DNA from: Cyanophora paradoxa CCMP329
Taxonomy: Eukaryota; Plantae; Glaucophyta
DNA: 64,000 nucleotides
NCBI GenBank assembly: GCA_004431415.1
Contig: QPMI01000417.1
Location: 62,001 to 126,000, forward strand
Reading direction: 5' to 3'
The notes below the pieces were generated by a model. The model was not told where the DNA came from, did not search any database, and saw only the letters and a list, made by a program, of their open reading frames with translations. Numbering within the stretch: position 1 is the stretch's first letter; the number at the start of each line of letters is the position of its first letter. Position numbers and translations under genes: made by a program. Below are positions 12,428-24,794 of the stretch, in pieces.

Positions 12428-15400
12428 CTAGCTGTAGGTGCCTGAGCGAGGCCAGCCGCCGGCGTGGAAGGACTGGGCCCGGGGCGGGGGCGCGCCCGCC
12501 CCGCGCGGCGCCGGGCCCGAGACCAGAACGAGGGACGAGAAGTCGTTGGAGGGGGGTACGGGGTCGCCGGGGACGGAGGGGTACCGCTTGCCGCTGGAGG
12601 GACGGGGGGGGCGGCGCTGGGGGTTGGGCACGGCAGCAGAGGCGGCAGATCCTGAGTAGGGTACCACTAACGTGCGGGCCGCTGCGTTCGCCTGCACAGA
12701 AAGGTAAGCCGGGAGGGGGTACACGAATTTTGCGACGGCAGTGCTCGCCTGCGCCCGAAGCGTCGCGTGCTCCCGTTTCTCGAGGTCGACCCACGTGGGC
12801 GCCGCCGGCTGCTGCGTGGCGCCGCCCGTCGCAGCCGCCGCCAGGGGTACGGCACCGGACCGGGGGGCGAAGTCGGAGGGGAGGGGTCCCCTGGCCGCCT
12901 GGCCGGGCGCCCCCCAGTACCTCGCTTCTTCCCCCCCGGAGGGAGGGGTAGTCCCGCTTGGCCCCCCGGGGCCCCCGGGGCCGGCGAGGCTCGCGCGGCG
13001 CACCATGCCGCCGCCGCCGCCGCCGGGCCCTGCGCCGGCGCGCATCCGCTGCAGCGACGCCGCCGCGGCGCTGCCGGTGCCCGCCGGCAGGTCCGAGGGG
13101 GGTACGGCGACGGAGGGCCCCGAGTAGTGGTACATGGCCGAGGCGGCGGAGGGCGCGCCGGCGCCGGGCCAGAGGCTGTACCCCTTTGCCGGGGCGGGGG
13201 CGGGGGGCGGCGCGGACGAGGAGGAAGATGCGGCGGGGGCGGGGGCGGGGAGCGGGGAGGGGGCGAGAGGGGCGGGGGCGGGGGCGGGGGCCGGGGCGGG
13301 GGCCTTGATGGATTCCGCGGCGGCGGCGAGGGCGGCAGCCGTCGCGAGGGGGTTGGCGGGGAGGGGTAGAGGGAATGTGAGCGCAGGGAGGGAAGAGACG
13401 GCCCCTGAGTGCCCGAGGGCCGCCACGGAGGCCCCCGCCGCCACCGCCGCGTTCGCCTGCGGTGGAGGGGGGTACGTGAGAGGTGAAGGGCGGATAACGG
13501 TGTACCCCCCGGACCTGCTGGACGGCGGCGTGGTGGGCGGCGGCGGACAGGAGCTGCGACTGAAGCTGCTGGTTCTGCAGCAGAAGCTGCGAAAAAGGGG
13601 AGGAATGAGCTGTGAGGGGGTACGGCACCCTCCTGAGGGGGGTACGGATGCTCTACCTGGAGGTACTGCTCGAAGGAGAGGGAGGTGGCAAACGCCCCGG
13701 AGCCGGAGCCGGCGCCGGGCTCCTCCCCGGGGGCCCCGGGGTACGCCGGCGCGGCGGGGGGCGGCGGGGGCTCGGCGGAGAGGGCGTAGAACTGCAGCAT
13801 CTGGCTGGCGGCTTGTAGGACCTGTCATGGATCCCGCGTGCCAAAGGTCAGACGGCAGCTTCTTAGCAGGAAAAGAGGCGAAGCCGGAGCTCTTTTTATC
13901 AGCCTCACAGCACGAGTCTTCTTAAGATTAGTCTTCGAGTCTTCCTTATCAACTTCTTCGGGCGGCCCGCTCAGAAAGAGGTCAGCCAAAGGGTCAGCCG
14001 GCAGCAAAGGGCGAAGCCAAAGCTCTTCTTAGCGGCTTCTCAGCACGCGTCGAGTGAGATTAGCCTCTTCTTCTTCTTCTTCTTCGAGCGGCCCGTTCTT
14101 CTTATAAGATTAGCATTCGTCAGCTCGAACCGTTCTTTAATTAGCTTATCAGCTTTTTATGCGCCACCTTGGGCTTCCTATAATCTTCTTCTTTTCGCAC
14201 CTGCTTCAGGTACGTCTGCTCTCGAAGCTGGGCGCGCTTGACCAGGTTCTGGGGCGGGCCCCGCGCCTTTGTCTTCGGCTTGGGCGCCCCCGCCCCCGCC
14301 GCCGCCCCCTGCGGCTGCGCGGGTGGGGTCGGATCGGATAGGTGATAAGAAGAAGCAAGTGATCGAGCCCGATTGCTACTATGTTGCATCTTTGTTCGAA
14401 CGGGAAGGGGCGTGTGCACCTGGGCGTACGGGCTGTCTTTGCCCAGCGTGCTCCGCACCGGCCCGCCGCCGCCGGCGCCGGCGCCCCACGCCGGCTTGTT
14501 GCCCACCCCGTCCCCGGCGGCCTGGAGCGGCCCCGCCCCCGCCCCGCCCGACCCCGATCCGTCCGCCGCCTCTTTCGCCCTCTGCTCCGCCAGCCTCCGC
14601 CTCTCCAGGCTCGCCTGGGTACCCAGTTAAAACAGGACCGGAAAGTGTCTCCGTGCGGATTCGAACCGCGGTCTCGCGCAGGAGGTTGGAGCTGGCCCCC
14701 AGGAGCTTCTCGTACCGCTCCGCGGCGCCCGGGGCGGGGTACACGCGCGCCCACTCGCCCTGCGAGGAGAGGGATGGGAAAGGCGTGGCTCAGCTGGCGA
14801 GCAGGCGGCCGCTGTGGCGTTGGGAGGGAGAGGGGGGAGGGCATATCTAGATATGGAGTTTTCTAGACGGATAAACCTACCTCGGTGCGCGATTCTAACT
14901 TTTAGAACCGATAGATAGATAGGCGATAGATAACCGATAGACGATATTCTAGACATATATCCGTACACCTTAGATCCGACCGCCCGCAACCACTATCGAT
15001 AAGGCGCTCTCTTGTCCTGGCGCGGCCCCAGACAGGAAGGCGCACGAGGTTCTTGTCCTCGAAGCGGGTGCGCTGCGCCTCGACCTCGACCAGCCGCTCG
15101 GCCTGCGCGTCCCGCTCCGCCGCCGCCGCCGCCTTCCGCTCCTCCGCCGACCGCTTCGAGCCCTGCCGCGAGGGGCGAGCGAGCGTGGGCGAGCGTGGGC
15201 GAGGGAGGGAGGGCGCGCGGGAAAAGAGAGATGTATCTAGATTATAAGAGGGCGGAAAGCGGTGGCGGGGTCGGGGGCGCGCACGGCGGCGGCGGCTAAG
15301 GAGGCGCTGCAGCACCTCTTGAAGAACTAAAAGCTAAGAGGAGCTAACCTAGAACTTCAAACCAACGGGGAATCAAGCTAACCTCAAGCTAACAACAGAA

Positions 15401-18400
15401 CTAAGTTCAGCCGATTAAAGCGAGAGGGATCAGAGGCGCACGGCGGCGGCGGCTAAGGAGGCGCTGGAGCTTCTCTTTAAAGAACTAAAAGCCAAGAGGA
15501 GGCGCTAGAAGCTAGAAGCCAAGCTAAGACAACTAATTCTATGTGTCTCAATTAGTAAAGGGCGGGGGCGCGCGCACGGCGGCGGCGCGGAGTCGCTGGA
15601 GCTTCTCGCGCTCCATGGCGCGGATCTTCTTCCGCCGCTTCACGCTCACGTTCAGCAGCCGGAACGCCTGCACGCAGAGAGGTCAGGGGGGGGGGGGGGG
15701 GGGGGGGGGGGCGGAGGAAGCAAAGCGGAGGTAGATGGGTGTGATGGGATGGGGTTGGGCGCGCCTCGGGTCTAGGCATGGGATGGGGTGTGGTGCCGGG
15801 GTCTAGGTAAAAGAATAGGATGATATGGGGCTGAGCGGGGGCGGGGCGCGACGGGTGGAAGCCGCGGTAGACGGCGGATCTAGCGAGCGGATCTAGCTAG
15901 CGGATCGAGGGGAGGGATGGGATAGAGCGCGGGCCTCTGTGAGGCACGACTCCTTGATCTCCTGGTCCAGCGGCGTGTCGATGTCCAGGTTCGGGCTGCA
16001 GTTCACCTGAGGTGGGGGGGGGAGGAGGCGCCTCAGGTGAGCCGGGTGCGGGAGGTGAGGGGGAGGGGAGGGGGAGTGGGGTAACGGACCTCGACGATCC
16101 AGGGGCGGAATTCCTTGTCGAGGATGACGTCGAAGCCTGCGGGGGTACGTGGAAAGAAAGTTCTCAAGGGGGGAGGGAAGGTGGAGGAGGGGGGTACCGA
16201 GGAACTCGAAGCAGTTGATGGACTCGGCGTCTCCTTGGATGGTCGCTTTGTAGCTGTGGCCCAGGCTGCGGGGGGCGTGAGGCGGCAGCGGGGCGACGCC
16301 GGGAGGGGGCGAGTTTGGAAGAATCTTAGCTAGACCAGCCCTAGCTGGACAGTGGAACGGGGCGGGGACGGGGCGGTCTAGTTGTCTTGTCTTCTTATCT
16401 TATCGCTAGTAACCGGATCTCTTGTAGAGCTATCTCGATCCAGCTGGCCGCGGCGGGGACGGGGCGGGGACGGGACGGGGCGGGGCGGGGCGGGGCGGGG
16501 CGGGCCTGGGCTGCACGGCGGCGATCGTCTTGACCACCACGTCGCAGATGTCCGAGAAGACCTGGCGGGAGGAAGGGGTGAGATGAGGACAAGGGAGGAG
16601 ACGAGAGGACTGGAAGAGGCCGGCGCGCCTGCTTCGAGTCGCGCCCCTGCTTGTCGATCCAGTCCAGGACCCAGTGCAAGGAGCGCTTCGACCCGACGCC
16701 GTCCTGTTTGGAGGGAAGGGGGGAGAGGTACAGAGAGAGAGAGAGCTCAGATGAGCGCTCAGGAGGGGGAGGAGGAGGGGGTGTGGTCGCGTCGCGCCTG
16801 GTGCGCGTCCGTGTTGAACTGGAAGCGATCGTTGTGCTTGTTCACCTGAGCGAGGGGGTGAGGGGTACGGATGCGTTGGGGAAGGGGGGAAGGGGGGAGC
16901 CCTCACCGCGTAGTTCGTCAGGTGCATGTACACCTGAGTGGGGAGGTGAGGCGAGAGGGGTAAGGGGTGGAGGAAAGGAGGGGGGTACAGTACCTTGCGC
17001 ATATTCTTGGAGGAAGGCTCCTGGTACGGCTCGGTGGCGAGGCGCGCCAGTCCGTTCCTGGGGTACATAAGTAAAGGAGGGGGCCGAGCGGGGGTAGTGG
17101 GGTAGGGCGCGCTTGTAGACGAAGAGGCGTAGGGGGGCTACGGAGAGGACGAGGACGTAGATGCGGAGATCGAACTTGTACCCGTCGATCAGGAGGGGCT
17201 GCGGAGGGTATGAGGTATAAAAAGGGCAGGACGAGCCGCCGGGGGGTACGGTGATGGCGCACGTTGGCGAGGTATTCCTGCGCGACGAAAGATTCGTCGG
17301 GGGACAGCTGCTTCAGCTGCTTGATCGAGCGAATGAGGTAGATGCCCTGTACCCCGCCCAAGAAGTTCTAGTCAGCGGCCGGCCGAACGGAAGGGAGGCC
17401 GGGCGGGCGCGGAGGGAGCAGCGTACCCGCCCCCGCGAGAGCGTGGCGGGCTTCAGAATGAAGTATTTCTTCTTCTTGCCGTCCTCCACGGCGCCTTTGA
17501 AGTCCGGCACGCTGCGGCGCGGCGCGGCGGGCGGGCGGGCGGGCGGGCGGGCGGGCGGGCGGCTCAGCGACGCCGGCCGGGGAGGGGCGGGGTGGGGGGT
17601 GGAGAAGGGGAGTACGCACTCGGAGGGGAGGATCCAGGTCTTGGGGTGGAAGTTGTACTCCTCGGGGAAGGCCCGCTTCATCCGGTTCAGGTTGCGCGCC
17701 AGGTTGGCCTTGTTCGTGATCTCGCTCATACCCGGGAAGTGGTTCACGCGCTGCGGGGAGGGAGGCCGGGCAGTGAGGTTCGCGGCCCCGGCGGCGCCCG
17801 CCCCCGCCAGCGCCTAGAGCGCACCTGGAACTTGCGGATCTGCATCATCATCTCCAGGGGGATGTAGCCCTCCGACCACATCACGTCCCACTCTTCGCCC
17901 TCCCGCCAGCGCTTCCAGCCCATGTTCCGCGTCGCCTGCCGCACTGCGGGCCGCCGCGCGTCGGAATCGATCCGCAGCTAAGGCGGAGCGCCCCGCCGCG
18001 GGGACTAGAGGCCGCCGCAGGGGGCGGCGCCGAACAGGCCAGAACAGACAGGTCGGCCGACGCTGCGCACCCACGCGGTAGCGGCAGAGCTCGAGGTTGA
18101 CGATGATGTGCTTGCTTGCGCGCGTCTTCTTGCGCTGAGGCTTCTTTGCGGACGCGTCCCGCCGCCTGTCGTCCTCATCCCCGCCTGCAGGACGTTACGC
18201 GCTCGGCACGGGTTGCGGGCAGAGGGCGGCAGCACCTTCCCCCTCGTCGCTGTCGCTCTCCTCCTCGCTGCCGCTGCTGCTTTCCTCCTCGCTGGAGGAC
18301 GAGGAGAGCGGCTGCGCGGGCCGGCCATCGTCGTCGTCTCCGGCGTCGGCCAGCTTGATCAGCTCCTCGTCATCGCTCTCCTCCTGCGGAGGCCCGATCG

Positions 18401-18452
18401 GTGGGCCGCACGCTGCGGGGCCCGCGGCACGGACCTCTTCCTTCTTTGGCAT
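12428..18452 (-). CDS. TTLL6: Tubulin polyglutamylase, TTLL6/TTLL13-like (multi-exon, long low-complexity C-terminal tail)
   Basis: Spliced motifs IIVNLELCRY, WDVMWSEG, NHFPGMSEITNKANLARNLNRM, FHPKTWILP, YFILKP, VAQEYL, LIDGYKFDLRIYVLV, GLARLATEPY, MHLTNYAVNK, GFDVILD..PWIVEVNCSP, RFEDKNL/GEWARVYP. ATG 18452, TAG 12428. Confidence 0.9.
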
Positions 18453-18725
18453 GTTGGGCTATGCCTGAGGCGCCCGGGGGCGCCTAATGCCGGTATGTGA
18501 GTGCCGCAAGCCTGATATTGCTGCTCGCTGTCCCAGGCCTGTAGCTGCTCTCAACCAGCGTCAAGTTAAACCGAGTGTACCCGTCTCAACCACAAACCCG
18601 CCGGCGGGTCTGTGAGCCAGCAGAAAGCGGCCGGCTCGGCAGTAGAGGGCGATCGAACGCTTTTCGCGAGACCGGAGCGGTTGCCGGACGCATAGGCCGT
18701 CGCCGCAGCCTCGCTCCGGACGACG
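18453..18725. promoter_or_regulatory. Putative bidirectional promoter between head-to-head TTLL6-like and SET2 genes
   Basis: Only 273 bp between the divergent ATGs. Inferred from geometry; no motif identified. Confidence 0.55.
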
Positions 18726-21700
18726 ATGGTGGACGACGCAGCTCCGCTTGCTTCGCAGCCGAAGCGCGAGGCCCCGCTCAGCGAGCCGCCTGCGGTCCAG
18801 CAGCACCTCGAGCTTCGGCAGCCGAATGGGGACGAGCCCGAAGACAGCAACGCGCGAAAGCTGCGTTCGAGAAAACCTGGCTTGGGATCGCTGTCGATCG
18901 GGAACGGGGACGAGCAGGATGGCGCTGAGAACGGGACGCCGCAGAGCCAGCGAGGCGCGTCCGGCCCCGGCAGCTCACGCAGGCGCGGAGGCGGAGGCGG
19001 CCCGCCCCCTACACACGACGAGAACGGGAAGCCGATGGTCTGGTTCCTGAAGGGCGACGAGCAGCACTGGCACCCCGTCAGCGCGGCACCCGAGCACCAG
19101 CCGCCGGCCTGGGTCTACCTGAACGCCAACACCTACGTGAACCGCAAGCCACGCGGCGTCATCCCCGACGAGGTGATGCGCTGCAACTGCGGCGACTCCG
19201 GCTGCCTCGACGACGAGGTGCGCCTTCGCCCGCGACATCCCGCCCCGCCCCGCCCCGCCCCGCCCCGCCCCGCTCCGCCTCGCTCCTCCGCGACGAGAGC
19301 GCCGACGGTCCGCCGCCCGCCCGGCCGCCCGCAGACGTGTCTGAACCGCATGATCAACGTCGAGTGCACTCCGGGCTACTGCTCGAAGTACTGCTGCAAC
19401 CAGCGCATCCAGAAGCGCGCGTACGCGGAGACCGAGGTCTTCAACACTGGCTCCAAGGGCTGGGGCATTCGCGCCCTCGAGGACATCCCCAAAGGCACCT
19501 TCGTGGTAGAGGCGAGCGAGCCCCATTCCCCTCCGCCCACGATTCGATCCGATTTCGAATTTGATCTGACCGAGCGAACAGTATTCCGGCGAGATCTGCG
19601 ACGCGGACGAGTTCCGCTTCCGTGCTATCGACTACCAGAAGCAGGCGGATGTTCACTTCTACTTCATGCTCGTGCGTTTCCTCCTTAAGCAGCCGCCCGC
19701 CGGCTTTAAAAGCTAGACGACCCCTTTCCCGACCCCGCACCGCCCCCGTTGGCTTCGCGGCCGCCTCGCCCTAGCATACGGACGAACGAAGCTAATGTCT
19801 TATGTCTAGAAGAAGAATCCAAGATAATAGGAGCTCATGGCTTAGCTTATGGAATAGCTTATGGTACTTATGGAATAGCTCATGGTTCCGCCGCGCAGAC
19901 GGAGGGAGACGAGAAGATCGACGCCTCGCGCAAGTCGGCCGAGGGCCGCTTCGCCAACCACTCCTGCAACCCCAACCTCGAGGCGCTCAAGTGGTGAGAG
20001 AGCGGCCGAGAGCGGCTGTACCCCACCCTTCTTCTTCGTAGAGCCTCTGTCGAACGTAGTACCCCCCAGGGAGGTCTGCCGCGAGATCCGCGTCGGCCTC
20101 TTCGCCAAGCGGGACATCAAGAAGGCGCGTACCCCCCCGCTTCCCTTCCCGGTACCCCCGTGACCGGTCGGGGGGGTACAGGGCGAGGAGCTCACGCTCG
20201 ACTACCAAATGTCGTGCTACGGGAAGGAGCCCCAGAAGTGCCACTGCGGGGAGCCGAACTGCCGCGGGATCATCGGCGACGGAAAGGCGAGCCGATATCC
20301 GTACCCCCTTCCCCTCGACTCCGTGTCTCACGTACCCCCCCTGCAGATCATCGACATCCGGAAGGGGCTGGGGGCCGGCCGTGGGGGAGACGACGAGGAT
20401 GGGAAGGGGGGGTCCGAGGATCTCTCTGAGGGGGAAGAGGAGGCCGACGACGAGGCCCTCGAGCAATGGTATACCCCCTCCAGCGCGGGTTCCCGTACCC
20501 CCCTGAACTCCGCCCCCCTTCCCCCCGGGCAGGTACGAGGAGTACAAGGCGAAGAAGGCGCGAAGGGAAGCCGCACAGGCGGCGAGGGCGGCCCGCAAGC
20601 GCGGCTCCGAGGAGTCAGATTGTGCGTACCCCGGAGCATGCGTTTCCCCCTCGTCCCGTACCAACCGCTGAAATCGGTACCCCCCGCGCAGCGGACGAGG
20701 AGTACAAGGAGAAGCGGCGGGAGCGGGAACGCGAGTTCATCCCCCCCTCCCTCCTCCGCATCCTGGAGGAGATCATCGACGAAAAGACGGTACCCTCCAA
20801 CTGCGTTTTGCTTCGTACCCGTACCCCTGTTTACTCCATTCCCATTCTCCCAGATCCTCCCTCGCAAATCCGTACTCCTGCAGCAGATGCTGCGTTTCCC
20901 CCGCTCCAGCCACGCAAAGGTGCGGTACCCCCTCCCGCAGCCTTCCCTCAAAAGTCCCGAACACGTACTCCAGTTCCTGGATTGGGATGGCCTTTCCTAC
21001 CTCGCCCTGTGGCTCCGTACCCCCCGGGCCCCCGCCTCGTCCCCCGGGGGCGATGCCGCGGCCTCCTCCCCCCCTCCGGCCCCCTCCGCGCCCGCGGAGT
21101 CCCCGAGCGGGGGTAGCCCCCCGCCCTCGACGCCCTCGGCTACCCCCCAGAAGGCGGACGAGTCGGCCTCCTGGGAGCTCATCGAGGGTACCCTGGAGCT
21201 CATCGAGAAGATGCCCGTCGAAAAAAGGCACCTGGACGCGGCCGCGAAGACCGTCCAAGCCGTTCACCAGCTCATGGTACCCCCTTGGCCCCCCCCCCCC
21301 CCTCAGCCTTTTCTCAAGCGACGGCCCTCTAGCCCCAGCATCCTTCGGTCCCTATGCACGGATCTAGGCCACCTATTAATGGTCCTTGAGGCGGATCCTT
21401 TTATATTCCTTGAAACCCCTTCTTCTTGTCTTCCTTGCCCATCTCCTCATCCCTCTGCGCTTCTCGTCCCAGCTGAAATTCTAGTTATCCTTCAATATCT
21501 TTTATCGCCCACGTTCTTGCCCCTGTCCTTGCCCTTCTCCTCCTCACCCCCGTGCTTTTCCTCGCGCAGAAAAGCGGGCGGCCGCGCGTGCTCGCGATGC
21601 TGAACGCAATTGGGACGCACTGGCGGCTCCTCGGCTCCGGCGCCGCCGCCGAGGTCAAGCACATGCTCAAGGTATCTATCTACATTTCTAACAGCATCTA

Positions 21701-23266
21701 ACCTCTGTCATTCCACTGTCTATCTAACGTTTCTTTCTAAGGTCCCTCGGCTGCCGCCGGAGCTGGACCGCGACCGGAGGCGCGAGGGGAACCGCGAGCG
21801 GGAGCGCGACCGCGCCTCGCCCCCGACCCGCTCCCGCCGCGAGGAGGAGGACGCCAAGCGAGACCGGTGCGCCGAAAGAAAGAAAGAAAGAAAGATCTAT
21901 TTTTAGTTCGGGGATCGAATTTGATCCGCAGGTACGAGGTGTCCGGGTGGTCGGAGCGGCCCATCCGGTACGAGAACGGGCCGCCGCCGGCCAAGCGGCC
22001 CCGGGAGGGCCCCGGGCCTTCCGGCTCCCCTACCCCCATGGCCGGCCCCAGCGCCGCCCCCGTCGTGATCGAATCGCGGGAGGCCTACGTGGCCAGGCTA
22101 GCCGAGGCCGGCATCCGGGTACGCCTTCACAGCGATCTATCTCGTGCTGTACCCCCCGAACGTGAACGCTTACCCCGTCCCCCTCCTAGGACCCGAAGCA
22201 GCAGAACGACCTCTACGAGAAGTACGCGGCCCACTGCCGCCAGGCCGCCGCCGCCGCCGGCTCCTCCAGCGCCGGTACCCCCCTCCCTCCTCCTTTTCCT
22301 CCCATGTATCCCCCTTGAGCGCGTCCCGGGCAGGGACGCCCTCCCTTGTCACTGCGACGCCCTCGACGGAGGCGGGGGCGGGCCCGCCGGCCCCCGGCGG
22401 CCTCTCATCTTCCACAGCGGAGCTCCTGAGGAAGGTGCGGGGGTAGGGGGTACCGCTCCGTAGCCTGGAGTCTGACCGGGAGCGCGCGCGTGCGTACCCC
22501 CCGCCCCGCAGCAAAAGAAGAAGGAGGACGAGGACAAGCGCCACAAGCAGCTCCTCAAGCTCTGCCTCCAGGTACCCCCTACCTCGAAGAAAAGGAAACG
22601 CCGTACCCCCCTGAGACGGGGTACTCTCGCCGCAGTTCAACGTGAAGCACGACAGCCTCGCGGCATTCCGCACGTCCCTCGCCAGCGTCATCGCGAAGGT
22701 CCTCTCTCCCTACTTGAAAGAGGTACCCCCCTTGTCCTCCCCCCCCCACCGCCGCCCCCCCTCCCCTCCCTTCCTGCCAAAGCTGGCACGCGTAGCCATA
22801 GATTCGTAGCGCACGCGTGCCCGTGCCGCCTCCCTCTCTCGCCTGCCCGGGATCATACCGCGTACTCCCCCGCAGGGTAAGATCTGCTCCAAGGAGGACT
22901 TCAAGCACCTCTGCCGCAAGATGACGCACACGATCGTCGAAAAAGAGATCAAGAGAGCGCGTACCCCCCGGCCACCTCCACTCCCTCTTTCTGTCTCTTT
23001 CTGAGGTCCCGGGTACGCAGCACGGGGAGAAGGGGCGCCTGGAGTTCCGCGACAGCGTCGAGAAGAACGCCAAGTCATACGTGCAGGTTCGAATCCGGCC
23101 CGCGCCCTTTTAGGGCGCCGCGCACCCCCAGCGTCGGCAGCCGCCCTGAGCATCCGTTGGCTTTCTCGCACGTCTGATTATTGCGTACTCCCAGCACTAC
23201 TTCGAGAAGCACGGCAAGTACGTCCGCAAGGCGGGGGACAAGGACGAGGACGGCGGGGACGCGTAA
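18726..23266 (+). CDS. SET2: Histone H3K36 methyltransferase Set2/SETD2 (AWS-SET-postSET, TFIIS-N-like, C-terminal SRI domain)
   Basis: AWS CNCGDSGCLDDE/CLNRMINVEC..CCNQRIQ; SET KGWGIRALEDIPKGTFVVEYSGE, RFANHSCNPN, VGLFAKRDIKKGEELTLDY; postSET CHCGEPNCRGII; SRI VLSPYLKEGKICSKEDFKHLCRKMTHTIVEKE. TAA at 23264-66. Confidence 0.93.
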
Positions 23267-23479
23267 TAGGAGGAGGGGGGTACGGCTCCCGAGGCGCGGC
23301 TCAGGCAGATGGTTCGCTTGGAACGATTTGCATGGAAGAGCGGCGCGTGGCGGCGGGGAAGGGCGAGGGAGGGGGGCGGGGCCGGGCAGCGGGATGCATA
23401 TGGGCGGATTCGGAAAGTATACGATTACAGACAGATGGGCGCATACATACAAAGCTACTTCCTACCTAAGCGGAGGGCA

Positions 23480-24351
23480 TCATTCAACCTGGCGGGAAAC
23501 GGTGAGCGAGGGGTAGATCTAGACGGGCTCAGCGGCGCGGGCGCAGGGGCGCGCACCTTGAAGGTCGCGTTGTAGCGCTTGGCCTCCTCGTAGAGCTCCT
23601 TCCTCGTCTTCTTCTGCAAAAGCGAGAAGCTCGGCTCGGCTCGAAGCGCAGCTAAGTTTGAATGGCGGGCAATTTGATCCGGACCGTGGCCATGGAGTAG
23701 GCGAAGAGCGCGGGTATGACCACGTAGGAGATGTAGGCGGCGAGGTACGGAATCGGCGTGGAAGTGCTCTTAGCGCCGAACAGGCCTGCGCGGCGGGCGG
23801 GCGGGCGGGTTCGCGGCTGCGGTGCTCGGGGCGGGCGGGCGGGAAGGCGGGCGCCGCGCGCCCTCGACCATCACGATGACCGTCGAGTAGGCGATGGCGG
23901 AGCCGTACATGACGCCCGGCACGCGGATCCACTCCTGGTCTGCGGCGCGCGCGAGTTGGCGGCCATGGGCGGGCCCGGCCGGGCGCGGCGCGGCGGCGCA
24001 CCCTTCAGGAGCGCCACGAGGAACCCAGCCTCGAGCGGCACCAGCACGACGCGGATGAGGATCATCGCGCGGAACCAGAGCGGCCGCGCCAGCAGCAGCG
24101 GGTCGTGCGTCTGGCCGAACCAGTGCGAGAGGCGCACCGCCCACTCCGGCGGCCACAGCGTCTTGCTGGGATCGTACTTCGACGCATCGGGGACTGCGCA
24201 AGCCTCTCGGCGGGCCGCAGCGGGCCGTCGGCCGGGAGGGCGGCTAGCGCGGGGTCGGCGCACTCATCCAGGGCTCGATATCGAAGAGGACACCGATGAC
24301 GATGTCGACCGCGAAGTACGCGACGAAAATCCACTCGATCCCGCGCGCCAT
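23480..24351 (-). CDS. EXPERA-domain membrane protein (TMEM97/EBP-like)
   Basis: MARGIEWIFVAYFAVDIVIG; WFGQTHDPLLLARPLWF; WIRVPGVMYGSAIAYST..E; YLAAYISYVVIP. Four hydrophobic segments and a Lys-containing C-terminus (..FKVE*). Confidence 0.8.
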
Positions 24352-24794
24352 CGTCGTGGGGTACACTCAGTGACTGGTGGTGCTGCTGTACCCCGCGCGT
24401 GACGAATTCGAAGCGTCGAACTTCGAAGCCGATTCAGAGCCGCGGCGAGCTCGCACTTGCGCATGCGGCGATAAGATTCACTTTGCCGCCGGGCCGGCGC
24501 CGGGCCTATAGTCGAGTCGAGGTCGCGCCGATCGCGACCGCGGCCGCCGACGTCGGCCCGCCCGCAGTCCGCAGGCGCTGGCTGAGCTCGAGCTAGCGAG
24601 CTCGAGCTAACCGCGTATCTAAAGCTATAGCTATAGCTATAGCTAGAGGCAGGGCCCGCGCGCGCCGCGGCGGGAGCCCGGAAGCCGTTTTGAAAATCAG
24701 ATCGAAATTAAATTAAAAGCGTTCAAGAGCGCGCGGCTGGCTTTGCAAAGCACTCTGTAAAGTACGCGCGGAGATCTGCATGTACAATTTCAAG

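Noticed and set aside
12003-13925. Long overlapping Pro/Arg/Gly ORFs in alternative frames of the TTLL tail (and at 246-1718)
   Set aside because: Stop-codon scarcity at very high GC; only the spliced minus-strand frame fits the gene.
23085-23100. GGTTCGAATCC tRNA T-loop/B-box motif (also ~14657-14668 minus)
   Set aside because: Coincides with intron donors; no cloverleaf or A-box.
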